Below, in pieces: positions 47,191-56,319 of a DNA stretch of 64,000 nucleotides. The stretch comes from a virus. The stretch's first letter is position 1. Each line of letters starts with the position of its first letter. Under the pieces are notes generated by a model. That model made no database searches. It saw nothing but the letters and a program-made list of their open reading frames with translations, and had not been told where the DNA came from. The position numbers and the translations under genes are program-made. Location: the IMG/VR virus record IMGVR_UViG_3300015607_002611, positions 9,143 to 73,142 of that record; one strand, 5' to 3'.

Positions 47191-47191
47191 A

Positions 47192-48223
47192 ATGGAATTT
47201 AAAAAATATAATGAAATAGAAAACTCTTACAGGGATGCTTTCATGAATAGGATTAATACTATGATTGCAGAAGGTCATGTTGAGAATGACTTTGTCGTTC
47301 TTGAAAAAGTACATGGTTCTAACTTCTCTTTCTGGTATGACGGTGAAACATTAAAGACAGGTAAGAAATCTGGATTCGTAGGAGGTGAAGGTGAGGACTT
47401 CTTTAATTCTCATATTATTAAAGCTAAATACGCTAATAATATTAAAAATTTATATGAACACTTTAATTTGAAATTTGGTAAAATTACCAATATGACAGTT
47501 TACGGTGAATTATGTGGTGGTTATTACCCAGGTGTAAAAAGTGATGACCCTTCTATTAAGAAAGTACAAAGTGGAGTTTGGTACTCTCCTAATTTAGAAT
47601 TTTATGCTTTTGATATTACAGTAGATGGGAAATACTTAAATGCAGATGATGTATCTATGTTATGTAGAGCATTTGACATTTTCCATGCTAAGATATTATT
47701 CAGAGGTAAATTAGAAGATTGTATGAAATATCCAAATGAATACAACTCTTTAATTTCTGGATGGTTAGGTTTACCTGAAGTTGAAGGTGGTAATATCTGT
47801 GAAGGTAATATCATTAAACCTAACAAAGCTGTATTCTTCCATAATGGCTCTAGAGTTATTATCAAGAACAAAAATGATAAGTGGTCTGAAAAAGAAAAGC
47901 CTGCAGGAAATAAAGAAAAGAAAGAAAGACCAAATTTATCTGAAGCCGGTAATAAAGTATTAGAAGAAGCTTTAACTTATGTAACTGATAATAGATTAAA
48001 GAACGTTCTTTCTAAATGGGAAGGTCCAGTTACAAGTAAAGACTTTGGTCGTTTAATGCAATTAATGAATGTTGATGCATTAGAAGATTTACATAAAGAC
48101 TTTGGCCCTGAATTATTAGCTTTAGAAAAGGAAGAAATTAAGTTAATTAACAAATCTATTGGTAATAAGGCTTCTATTTTAATAAGGAAAAACTTTTTAA
48201 ATATAATCGATAATAATTTCTGA
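47192..48223 (+). CDS. RNA ligase 2 family (Rnl2-like)
   Basis: Motif I 'VLEKVHGSNFSF' (compare T4 Rnl2 EKIHGTNFS), motif III 'VYGELCGG', motif IV 'EGNIIKP' and motif V 'VIIKNK'. 343 aa. Confidence 0.75.
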   Translation: MEFKKYNEIENSYRDAFMNRINTMIAEGHVENDFVVLEKVHGSNFSFWYDGETLKTGKKSGFVGGEGEDFFNSHIIKAKYANNIKNLYEHFNLKFGKITNMTVYGELCGGYYPGVKSDDPSIKKVQSGVWYSPNLEFYAFDITVDGKYLNADDVSMLCRAFDIFHAKILFRGKLEDCMKYPNEYNSLISGWLGLPEVEGGNICEGNIIKPNKAVFFHNGSRVIIKNKNDKWSEKEKPAGNKEKKERPNLSEAGNKVLEEALTYVTDNRLKNVLSKWEGPVTSKDFGRLMQLMNVDALEDLHKDFGPELLALEKEEIKLINKSIGNKASILIRKNFLNIIDNNF

Positions 48224-48248
48224 ATATTAACTATGTAATGCAAACATA

Positions 48249-48527
48249 ATGATTATAATTGTATCAAAATCAAATCTTAAAATTCCAGTAAAGGATAAAG
48301 AAATTAAAGATTGTGATTGGGTTGATTTTAATATTGAGCCTAAAACATATTCTTTAGCAACATCTGTATTTGCACTAGATATAAAAAATAATATTGTAAA
48401 AGTTCTCAAAGACAGATACGATTTATTTGGCAAATATGAAAGATATTCAGATTTTAATAGATTAATCGAAAGTGTATATCATATGGAGAATACACATTTA
48501 GGTAAAGGAACACGTAAACTTAGATAA
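48249..48527 (+). CDS. Hypothetical protein
   Basis: ORF only. Confidence 0.25.
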   Translation: MIIIVSKSNLKIPVKDKEIKDCDWVDFNIEPKTYSLATSVFALDIKNNIVKVLKDRYDLFGKYERYSDFNRLIESVYHMENTHLGKGTRKLR

Positions 48528-48528
48528 C

Positions 48529-48735
48529 ATGGCAATAAATTTTTGGGTTCATAAACATGATTTGGACCATTTAAACAAGCTTTTGAAAAAGCCATTACCA
48601 GATATAAATGACGATGATTATATTCTTGAAGTTTATATGCAAAGTAAGAACGGATGGCTCCAAAACAATTACTTCCAGGTGGGTATAAGCTATGAAGACT
48701 TCATGAGAATTGAAGGATATTTAGATTTCGTATAA
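48529..48735 (+). CDS. Small hypothetical protein
   Basis: ORF only. Confidence 0.25.
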   Translation: MAINFWVHKHDLDHLNKLLKKPLPDINDDDYILEVYMQSKNGWLQNNYFQVGISYEDFMRIEGYLDFV

Positions 48736-49127
48736 TGGCTGAAACCGATTTTCTATATATGAATAAGAAAACCCTAGGTTATATCTTAGATTGGTGCGTA
48801 AATGAATACGGTCATTCTAAACATGTTACACATGGTTTACTTAAATATAAAATAAATTATCGGTGCATACCTAAAGGTTGGTTTAAATCAGCTGAAGTTA
48901 TGATTGAAGTTAATCCGAAAAATCATACGAGTTTAATTGATTTTGTACATACTGCAATACATGAGTATACACATTATATGCAAGACCAAGACTTATATGA
49001 TAAGTACTCTGAAGAACATGATGATGATACTAATCCATTGGAAATTGAAGCTGATATGGTAGCAATGAGAGATAAGAAAAGATGTTTAAGAAAAATTAAA
49101 AAGTTAATAGAAGAAGATGAAAGATAA
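48735..49127 (+). CDS. Putative HExxH zinc metallopeptidase-like protein
   Basis: 'VHTAIHEYTHYMQD'. Confidence 0.35.
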   Translation: MAETDFLYMNKKTLGYILDWCVNEYGHSKHVTHGLLKYKINYRCIPKGWFKSAEVMIEVNPKNHTSLIDFVHTAIHEYTHYMQDQDLYDKYSEEHDDDTNPLEIEADMVAMRDKKRCLRKIKKLIEEDER

Positions 49128-49896
49128 TTTGGGCGACCGTATAAAAAACAACTACGAAGATAGAACGAGATTTTCTTTACCTCGTAGAACATATACAATT
49201 ATTAGATTAGATGGTAAAGCATTCCACACTTATACAAGAGGATTGGAAAAACCATTTGATATGGATTTAATCAATGATATGGCGGAAGCTACTAAATATC
49301 TTTGTGAAAATATCCAAGGTTGTATTTTAGGTTATACACAGAGTGATGAGATTTCACTTTTATTAACTGACTTTGAGAAGCCAGGGACAAGTGCATGGTT
49401 TGATGGTAATATTCAAAAGATGGCAAGTATTTCAGCTTCAATGGTTACAGCTAAGTTTAATGATATTAGAAGAGGGCGTGAGGCTCACAAGAATATTGCA
49501 TTATTTGATAGTAGAGTATTTACAATATCTGATAGAATTGAAGTAATGAACTATTTTATTTGGAGACAGAAAGATGCTACACGTAACTCAATAAGTATGG
49601 CAGCACATGCATTATGTGGCCACAAGGCTTGTATGGGTAAATCAAGCTCTGATAAGCAAGAAATGATTTTCCAAAAAGGTGTTAATTGGAATGATTATCC
49701 AACATCTTGTAAAAATGGAACAATGATTACAAAAAAGACTGGTGTTATGAAGAATCTTAATCCTAAACCAGGGCAACCTGAGATGTATGAAAGAAGCTTC
49801 TGGCAAATTGAAGGTGCTAAAAACTTTAGAACATTTTTGCCTAAATTTTTACCTACAATGAAAGTTGAATTAGAAGACAATGATGTTTTATCTTAA
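49117..49896 (+). CDS. Thg1-like protein (tRNA-His guanylyltransferase family, 3'-5' nucleotidyltransferase)
   Basis: 'IIRLDGKAFHTYT' (Thg1 VRLDGRNFH), 'GYTQSDEISLLL' (AYGQSDEYSFVF) and 'MNYFIWRQKDATRNSISMAAHAL' ([23 protein letters not shown]). Confidence 0.8.
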   Translation: MKDNLGDRIKNNYEDRTRFSLPRRTYTIIRLDGKAFHTYTRGLEKPFDMDLINDMAEATKYLCENIQGCILGYTQSDEISLLLTDFEKPGTSAWFDGNIQKMASISASMVTAKFNDIRRGREAHKNIALFDSRVFTISDRIEVMNYFIWRQKDATRNSISMAAHALCGHKACMGKSSSDKQEMIFQKGVNWNDYPTSCKNGTMITKKTGVMKNLNPKPGQPEMYERSFWQIEGAKNFRTFLPKFLPTMKVELEDNDVLS

Positions 49897-49905
49897 ATAA
49901 ATAAT

Positions 49906-50661
49906 ATGTATACTAAAAATGAACTAGCAAATTTTATAGCATTTGACTTAGAAACAGCAAGTGGTTATAAAGACCTTGATACTCTTAATGAAGAAAACCC
50001 TCGTTTAGGTGAATTATGGAATAAACGTTGTGAATATCTTCGTACAAAACATGATGATAATAAGCCTTTAACAAATGCTGAGATATATGAACAGAAAACA
50101 GGTTTACAAGCGGAATATGGCAAGATTGTATGTATTAGCATCGCATATGTTAGATATAATAAGGATAATCAGCCCGTAATTAAATCTAAAAGCTTTAAAA
50201 GCCATGATGAAAAAGAATTATTAGAAGCTTTCTTTAATTTTTTAACATCAGCTAAAGACAAATTACCAAATGCAGTATTCTGTGGCCATAATATTAAAAG
50301 ATTTGATATTCCATTTTTATGTAAGCGTGCATTAATTAATGGTTTAAAAGTACCAGCTCAATTTAATACTATTGGAAAGAAACCATGGGAATTAAGTATT
50401 GTTGATACTGCTGAACTTTGGTCGTTTGGTGCATGGCAAGAATCTTTCACTTCTTTAGACACTTTAACAGCAGTATTAAATATTCCATCACCTAAAAGTG
50501 ATATTGATGGAAGTAAAGTATCAGAAGTGTTCTGGCAAGAAGGTGATTTAGATAGAATCGCTAAGTATTGTGAACAAGATGTTGCAGCTACTATTAATGT
50601 ACTTATAGCATTATCTGGATTTGAAATAGCAGAGCCTAGCAACATTACATCTGTTGAATAA
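49906..50661 (+). CDS. DnaQ-like 3'-5' exonuclease (DEDDy)
   Basis: Exo I 'IAFDLETAS', Exo II 'CGHNIKRFDIPFL' and Exo III 'YCEQDVAAT'. Confidence 0.75.
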   Translation: MYTKNELANFIAFDLETASGYKDLDTLNEENPRLGELWNKRCEYLRTKHDDNKPLTNAEIYEQKTGLQAEYGKIVCISIAYVRYNKDNQPVIKSKSFKSHDEKELLEAFFNFLTSAKDKLPNAVFCGHNIKRFDIPFLCKRALINGLKVPAQFNTIGKKPWELSIVDTAELWSFGAWQESFTSLDTLTAVLNIPSPKSDIDGSKVSEVFWQEGDLDRIAKYCEQDVAATINVLIALSGFEIAEPSNITSVE

Positions 50662-51011
50662 TGGAAATACATTACGCTGAAACATTTACAGCTACGATTT
50701 ACTGTGGCTTTAAACCAGGATATGATGGAATGGAAGACTATGAATCAATGAGTCTTGCTGAAGTTGTATGCCAGGAGTATTGTAATAAATATGGCGCTGG
50801 TTTTACAATTGAACCAACTAAATTCATTTATACTAATGGTAGAGAAAATGGAGTTAAAATAGGTTTAATTAATTATCCTCGATTTCCTAAAAGACCTATT
50901 GAAATTAAGAATATCGCAATTCAGATTGCAGCTGAACTAAAGGAAGTATTTAAACAACATCGAGTTTCAATTGTATGTAGCGATGAAACTATAATGATTG
51001 GTGAAAAATAA
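50661..51011 (+). CDS. Hypothetical protein
   Basis: ORF only. Confidence 0.3.
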   Translation: MEIHYAETFTATIYCGFKPGYDGMEDYESMSLAEVVCQEYCNKYGAGFTIEPTKFIYTNGRENGVKIGLINYPRFPKRPIEIKNIAIQIAAELKEVFKQHRVSIVCSDETIMIGEK

Positions 51012-51012
51012 C

Positions 51013-51043
51013 TTTGGGAAATCGATATAAATTAGTACTTTAA
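51013..51043 (+). promoter_or_regulatory. Degenerate promoter-like motif (CTTTGGG...TACTTTAA)
   Basis: TTTG at 51013-16, 19 nt, then TAcTTTAA. The ATG is 2 nt downstream. Weaker match. Confidence 0.3.
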
Positions 51044-51045
51044 TA

Positions 51046-51228
51046 ATGAATAAAGAAAAATACCTCAAGAAGTTAAGGGATGACATTGATAAAATGCCAA
51101 TAGAACAATTGAGAGAATATTGCTGGCGATTAGATAGGAATGCCCAAACCTATTTTGAAAACTGGCAATTGGCGGAAGAAAAAATAATAGAATTAGAAAT
51201 TAAATTATCCTTGAAAAATGACGATTGA
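51046..51228 (+). CDS. Small hypothetical protein
   Basis: ORF only. Confidence 0.25.
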   Translation: MNKEKYLKKLRDDIDKMPIEQLREYCWRLDRNAQTYFENWQLAEEKIIELEIKLSLKNDD

Positions 51229-52390
51229 AGATTTAAAAAGCAAGAATTTAATTATATTTGAATGTATTACCGGTTCAACCGCCTACGGTACGAATTTACC
51301 TACTTCAGATATAGACATTAAGGGTGTATTCATCCAACCTCTAGAAGATATTCTAGGAATGGGATATGTTGAACAAGTAAATGACGCGAAAAACGATATT
51401 ACTTATTACGAAATTCGTAGGTTCATTGAACTCATTTCAAGTAACAATCCAAACTTACTTGAAATGTTAAATGTGCCTGAAGATTGCATTAAATATAAAC
51501 ATCCAGTATTTGATGAAATTATAAACAATTCTGATAAGTTTATTACAAAAATTTGTCGCGATTCATTTGCAGGTTATGCAGTATCACAAATTAAAAAGGC
51601 AAGAGGTTTAAACAAGAAAATTGTGAACCCTGTTGCTAAGGAAAGAAAATCTCCACTTGACTTCTGTAAAGTTATTAATGGTTATAACAGTAAGGCAATG
51701 GATAAATTTTTAGCAGAAGGTGGATACGAACAGAGATTTTGTGGAGTATCTGCTGTGCCAAATGCACGTGATACTTATGCTTTATTTTACGACTTAGATG
51801 CACATATGTGCTTTTCAGAAAATGTACCTTTAGAAGATAGAGAAGCTAGGAAAGCTCATCGAAAAGAAAATGGTTTACCTATGGGATTTGGATTCAAAGG
51901 TATTTTATTAGAAATTGAAGGTGGCGATGGTTTCGCATCAAATGAAATTAGAATGTCTTCTATACCTAAGGGAATTGAACCAATTGCAACATTTAGTTAT
52001 AACAAAGATGGTTATACTAAATATTGTAAAGATTATAGAGAATACTGGCATTGGGTTGAAAATAGAAACGATGCACGTTATAATGATAATGCTAACCATG
52101 GTAAAGGATATGATGGGAAAAATCTTTCACATTGTCATAGGTTATTAGATATGGCTATAGAAATAGCTGAAGGTAAAGGTATTTTAGTTAAAAGACCTAA
52201 TAGAGATGAACTTTTATCAATTAGAAGAGGTGAAATGGATTACGATGAATTAGTTATAAGTGCAGAATCTAAAATTAAATTAATAGATGAACTTTACGAA
52301 AAATCTAATTTACCTAATAAAGTCGATATTTCTATTTCTAATGATATTTTAATTAATATACGTAAACAATTCTATGGGTTACAAGGGTAA
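51218..52390 (+). CDS. Pol-beta superfamily nucleotidyltransferase (RNA-repair-associated type)
   Basis: 'IIFECITGSTAYGTNLPTSDIDIKGVF' fits the GSx(9-13)DxD minimal-NTase motif. Confidence 0.55.
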   Translation: MTIEDLKSKNLIIFECITGSTAYGTNLPTSDIDIKGVFIQPLEDILGMGYVEQVNDAKNDITYYEIRRFIELISSNNPNLLEMLNVPEDCIKYKHPVFDEIINNSDKFITKICRDSFAGYAVSQIKKARGLNKKIVNPVAKERKSPLDFCKVINGYNSKAMDKFLAEGGYEQRFCGVSAVPNARDTYALFYDLDAHMCFSENVPLEDREARKAHRKENGLPMGFGFKGILLEIEGGDGFASNEIRMSSIPKGIEPIATFSYNKDGYTKYCKDYREYWHWVENRNDARYNDNANHGKGYDGKNLSHCHRLLDMAIEIAEGKGILVKRPNRDELLSIRRGEMDYDELVISAESKIKLIDELYEKSNLPNKVDISISNDILINIRKQFYGLQG

Positions 52391-52395
52391 GAACA

Positions 52396-52407
52396 GATAT
52401 ATATAAT
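52396..52407 (+). promoter_or_regulatory. 'GATATATATAAT' motif upstream of HE gene
   Basis: Recurrent motif. Confidence 0.3.
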
Positions 52408-52420
52408 TTAAAAATAAATT

Positions 52421-53125
52421 ATGTACATTTATAAAATTACGTGTTTGATTAATAATAAAATTTATATTGGAAAAACTGAAAAGAATATAGATGAAAGATT
52501 AATTAATCATTTTAATAAGGCAAAAAGTGGAAAATCTAAAATGTTAATTTCTAAAGCTATATTAAAGTATGGTTTTGAAAATTTTAAAATAGAAGTAATT
52601 GAAAAATGTTTAGATATTTCATCATTAAATCAAAGAGAAATTTATTGGATTAAAGAATTTAATTCTATTAATAAATTAATAGGATATAATTGTACATTAG
52701 GTGGTACTGGTGGAGATACTTATACAAATAATCCTAATTATGATTTAATATGTGAAAAACATAAAATTATCATGTTAAATGAAAGTTCTGAAATGAAAGA
52801 AAAAAGAACTAAAAAATTAAAAGGATTAATTAGAAAAAAATCAACATGTAAAGCAATTTCTAAAGCTAGAAAAGGAATGATGTTTACAGAAACACATAAA
52901 AATAATATAAGTATTAAAACTAAAGAAGCTATGCGAAGTTTAAATATTTATAATATAAAACCTGTAGATTGTTATGATTTAGATAATAATTATGTTAAAA
53001 CATTTAAAAGTTTAGCTGAAGCTTCAAGGGAATTAAATATTGGTAAAATGTCAATTTTTAAAAATTGCAATGGTAAAAGAAATAAAGCCGGTAATTTTAT
53101 TTTTAAATATTCAAATGACATTTAA
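52421..53125 (+). CDS. GIY-YIG homing endonuclease
   Basis: 'MYIYKITCLINNKIYIGKTEKNIDERLINH', NUMOD-like 'AISKARKGMMFTETHKNNIS' and a C-terminal HTH-like region. Confidence 0.85.
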   Translation: MYIYKITCLINNKIYIGKTEKNIDERLINHFNKAKSGKSKMLISKAILKYGFENFKIEVIEKCLDISSLNQREIYWIKEFNSINKLIGYNCTLGGTGGDTYTNNPNYDLICEKHKIIMLNESSEMKEKRTKKLKGLIRKKSTCKAISKARKGMMFTETHKNNISIKTKEAMRSLNIYNIKPVDCYDLDNNYVKTFKSLAEASRELNIGKMSIFKNCNGKRNKAGNFIFKYSNDI

Positions 53126-53312
53126 ACATGGCATAACAGGTAATTATTATGTAACCAGTTTGGAGAAATCTGAACTGGTTATTGTTTGTAGAGCTATTGG
53201 TAAATCTGAAGCTTCAATTAAATGGCACGAAAAGTATAATTGTTGGGTTTTTAGAGTTAAAGAAAAAGCAATGAAGAAAAAACTTAAAGAATACTTTGGG
53301 AGTATATCATAA
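53115..53312 (+). CDS. Small hypothetical protein (66 aa from internal ATG of track ORF 53040..53312)
   Basis: The ATG at 53115 overlaps the HE stop by 11 nt. The upstream part of the track ORF lies inside the HE gene in another frame. Confidence 0.3.
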   Translation: MTFKHGITGNYYVTSLEKSELVIVCRAIGKSEASIKWHEKYNCWVFRVKEKAMKKKLKEYFGSIS

Positions 53313-53339
53313 TTTGTTAGATTTATCAAAAGAATAAAT

Positions 53340-53651
53340 ATGAAAAAATTAATAGCATTATTAATGCTTATATTCGTATTAAATACGACATACGCGCAAA
53401 AACGACAAGGGTACAGTGAACGAGATAAATCGACAAGTGTTGGATTAGTAGTAGGTGGTGTTGCATTTACAACGGCAGCATTCTTAGAAGGTCCACAAAA
53501 CTATGGAACTTGGAAACATAATCCTAATAGTACGAGCCAATATAATATGACTTATGTTACACCTTCATTTTGGCAACAAACGCCTAGAAATATAATGTTT
53601 GTAGTAGGTATAACAGTTACAATAACAGGATTAATAACATTAAAAAAATGA
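53340..53651 (+). CDS. Secreted/membrane protein
   Basis: Signal peptide 'MKKLIALLMLIFVLNTTYA' and C-terminal TM 'IMFVVGITVTITGLITL'. Confidence 0.45.
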   Translation: MKKLIALLMLIFVLNTTYAQKRQGYSERDKSTSVGLVVGGVAFTTAAFLEGPQNYGTWKHNPNSTSQYNMTYVTPSFWQQTPRNIMFVVGITVTITGLITLKK

Positions 53652-54397
53652 AAAATAATAAAATGAACTTTGCTGTCATAGGGGACGTGCACGGAAATTG
53701 GAATTCCATGTATAGACTTATTGAACATAAAAATATTAAAAATGCCTTATTAATACAATTAGGTGACTTTGGTGTGGGTTTTATAAGTAAACATCAAGAT
53801 AGAAAAAATCTCGAATTTTTAAACGAAAAGCTTGCTAAAAGAAATATTATCATGTATGCAATACGTGGTAATCATGATGACCCTTCTATGTTTAAGGGTG
53901 ATTATGTATTTAGTAATTTAAAACTTGTCGATGACTATACAGTTATTGAAGCTCCTAATGGGGATAAAATAGCAATGTTTGGTGGAGCTTTGTCAATTGA
54001 TAGAAAACCACGTATTGCTGAAATGACTGAGTATTCTAAATATAATCTTGATAGAGAGACTTATTGGTATGATGAGAATTTTGTATTGAATGAAGAGTTG
54101 GCTAAAAAGATAACAGGATGTAAATATGTAATTACACATACATCTCCAGATTTTTGCTGGCCTGATAATAAAAATGGATTTGGACCTTTAGTCGAGCATT
54201 TTATTATGTTAGGTGATAAAAAATTAAAAGAAGAATTACCACATGAACGTGCACAATTAACTAAACTTTATAATATACTTAAAGAAAATAATCCTATTGA
54301 AAAATGGTTTTATGGTCATTTTCACAGAACTGAATTAACAGTGCATAATGGAATTGAGTTTCATTTATTAGATATTAACGAAATAAAAGAAGTATAA
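53648..54397 (+). CDS. Calcineurin-like metallophosphatase (Ser/Thr- or polynucleotide-phosphatase-like)
   Basis: 'FAVIGDVHGNW' (GDxHG), 'LGDFGVGF' and 'RGNHDDP' (GNHD/E). Confidence 0.75.
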   Translation: MKNNKMNFAVIGDVHGNWNSMYRLIEHKNIKNALLIQLGDFGVGFISKHQDRKNLEFLNEKLAKRNIIMYAIRGNHDDPSMFKGDYVFSNLKLVDDYTVIEAPNGDKIAMFGGALSIDRKPRIAEMTEYSKYNLDRETYWYDENFVLNEELAKKITGCKYVITHTSPDFCWPDNKNGFGPLVEHFIMLGDKKLKEELPHERAQLTKLYNILKENNPIEKWFYGHFHRTELTVHNGIEFHLLDINEIKEV

Positions 54398-54398
54398 A

Positions 54399-54524
54399 AT
54401 GATAAGAAATTTTTTAGAAAGCCTTTGGGATAATTTATTTAGACCTGTTTTAACATCAACATTTTTCTGGGCAGCTACTGTTGCTGCAGGATTAACTTAT
54501 TTAATAACTCATTCTAATGGATAA
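54399..54524 (+). CDS. Small hydrophobic ORF (41 aa; below track cutoff)
   Basis: The ATG follows the upstream stop by 1 nt. The ORF ends overlapping the next ATG (ATGGATAA). Hydrophobic 'FFWAATVAAGLTYLI'. Confidence 0.35.
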   Translation: MIRNFLESLWDNLFRPVLTSTFFWAATVAAGLTYLITHSNG

Positions 54525-54846
54525 AAATATAGAAAGAATTATCTGTGCTGCAAATCATTATGATGATGGTGAAGAACATGTACATATGCCTCGTAATATT
54601 AAAACAGGATTTGTAATATGTGGCCGAAGACACCATAATTGTATTTCAATATTTGCATTAATGGTTGGATTCCCTTATGATGAAAAAGGGATAGCTTTAA
54701 TGAATACTGAAGAGCAGGGTTTTTTAACAAGTAAAGATAGATTTGTAAATAGAACTGAAGCTTTAGAAATAGCAAGAAAGGCTAATCAAATCTTAGACGA
54801 AAAAGAAGTTAGAGGCGATAAATTATACAGTGAAGATTTATATTAA
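54517..54846 (+). CDS. Hypothetical protein
   Basis: ORF only. Confidence 0.3.
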   Translation: MDKNIERIICAANHYDDGEEHVHMPRNIKTGFVICGRRHHNCISIFALMVGFPYDEKGIALMNTEEQGFLTSKDRFVNRTEALEIARKANQILDEKEVRGDKLYSEDLY

Positions 54847-55025
54847 TGAAACGAATAAATCGTAAAAAATTAATAATTGAATTGGAATTCCTAAGACAAG
54901 GATTTGCGGATGCAATAATGGAAGCTAAACGTAATAAAGATGAAGTTGCTGAAATAACTTTTAAAGCACATCATTGGAATGCTAATCGATTAATTGTAGA
55001 ATTAGGTGGTGAAAGTGTATTATGA
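54846..55025 (+). CDS. Small ORF (59 aa; below track cutoff)
   Basis: TAATG overlap upstream and ATGA overlap downstream. It fills a 175-bp apparent gap. Confidence 0.4.
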   Translation: MKRINRKKLIIELEFLRQGFADAIMEAKRNKDEVAEITFKAHHWNANRLIVELGGESVL

Positions 55026-55495
55026 TAACAAAAGTAATATTTTTAGATATTGATGGGGTATTAAATGTATATCCACAAGGCCATGATGAGTATGGTGCAA
55101 TTTGGCATGACCACTTTGTAAACAATCTAAAAAGAATTATTGATGCAACTGATGCTAAAATTGTTATTAGTACATGGAGAATGTCAGGTCTTTTAGTTAT
55201 GAAAGAAATGTGGGCTAAACGTGGTTTACCTGGTCGTGTAGTTGATATTACACCTAACCACATGGTAAGAACTGGAAGTACTTTACAAAGAGGTAAAGAA
55301 ATTGACGAATATTTATCATATAATCCTGAAATTACACATTACGTAATTTTAGATGATGATGAAGATATGGAACCCCATCAAATGGATAATTTTGTCAAAA
55401 CATCAGGTAACGTAGACCACCCTGATTGTGTTGATGTGGGTTATGGATTAACAGATATATGTACTGATAGGGTTATAGCTATTTTAAATAAATGA
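55022..55495 (+). CDS. NT5C-like HAD 5'-(deoxy)nucleotidase
   Basis: Motif I 'VIFLDIDGVLNV' (DxDGV as in NT5C 'VDMDGVL'), 'VISTWR' and 'ILDDDED'. Confidence 0.55.
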   Translation: MITKVIFLDIDGVLNVYPQGHDEYGAIWHDHFVNNLKRIIDATDAKIVISTWRMSGLLVMKEMWAKRGLPGRVVDITPNHMVRTGSTLQRGKEIDEYLSYNPEITHYVILDDDEDMEPHQMDNFVKTSGNVDHPDCVDVGYGLTDICTDRVIAILNK

Positions 55496-55758
55496 AAATT
55501 CCTAGAAAAAAGAAAAAGCAAATACCAGAAGGTAGTTATTGTTATACAATGGTTTCTGGCATGATTTACCCATCTGATGGTAGTTTGCCTTATTATAAAA
55601 TAAAAAAGTGCCCATATTTTGAATGGGTGAAAGGTGAACCCCAAGACCTTTCACCTAATTCAAATATGTTTGGTAGATGTCGCCTTTTAAAAATCGAGGA
55701 TGACATGTGCTTAAATGACCAATGTAAGGTTTGCGACATTAAATTAGGTCGCCCATAA
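55492..55758 (+). CDS. Small Cys-rich protein
   Basis: 'CPYFEW...C...CKVC'. Confidence 0.3.
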   Translation: MKIPRKKKKQIPEGSYCYTMVSGMIYPSDGSLPYYKIKKCPYFEWVKGEPQDLSPNSNMFGRCRLLKIEDDMCLNDQCKVCDIKLGRP

Positions 55759-55761
55759 TAC

Positions 55762-55792
55762 TTTGACGATTCAAATCTTTTGGTTATATTTA
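55762..55792 (+). promoter_or_regulatory. Bacteroidetes-type promoter
   Basis: TTTG at 55762-65, 19 nt, then TATATTTA at 55785-92. The ATG is at 55797. Confidence 0.5.
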
Positions 55793-55796
55793 ACCA

Positions 55797-56318
55797 ATGA
55801 TAAACGTTAAAGGTATTATACACTTCGATCCCCTCCCATTAACTACGAAGCATAAAAAGCAAGCGAAATGGAAGAATCATGCTAATGTCCAATTAAATTG
55901 CGAATTAGATAAGTATTATGCTTGGTTTGTTAAAACTCGATATAACGTAAAATTAAATCCTCCTCAGCGCGGACCTCATGTCAGCTTTATTGCAGATATA
56001 GTTTCAAATCCAGAACTTTATAAAAAAGTAATGGAGAAGTGGAATAAAAAAGAAATTGAATTTACGTATGATACTAATGTTCGCACTAATGGTGAAGATT
56101 GGTGGTTAAGAGTTTATTCTAAAGATTTATTAGATATTCGAGAAGAAGCTGGTTTACCACGTAATCCATTTTTTAATTTACATTTAACAATTGGATACGC
56201 TGCACCTCGATTAGATAAAGATGGTAATGAAATGGGTGGTTCTAATCTTGAACATTCAAGATATATCCATGAAATAATTAAGCGTTATGAATTTGATACC
56301 CCAAGGAAATTAACATAG
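55797..56318 (+). CDS. 2H-phosphoesterase family protein (LigT / 2',3'-cyclic phosphodiesterase-like)
   Basis: Two HxS/Tx motifs: 'GPHVSFIA' and 'NLHLTIGY'. Confidence 0.55.
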   Translation: MINVKGIIHFDPLPLTTKHKKQAKWKNHANVQLNCELDKYYAWFVKTRYNVKLNPPQRGPHVSFIADIVSNPELYKKVMEKWNKKEIEFTYDTNVRTNGEDWWLRVYSKDLLDIREEAGLPRNPFFNLHLTIGYAAPRLDKDGNEMGGSNLEHSRYIHEIIKRYEFDTPRKLT

Positions 56319-56319
56319 T

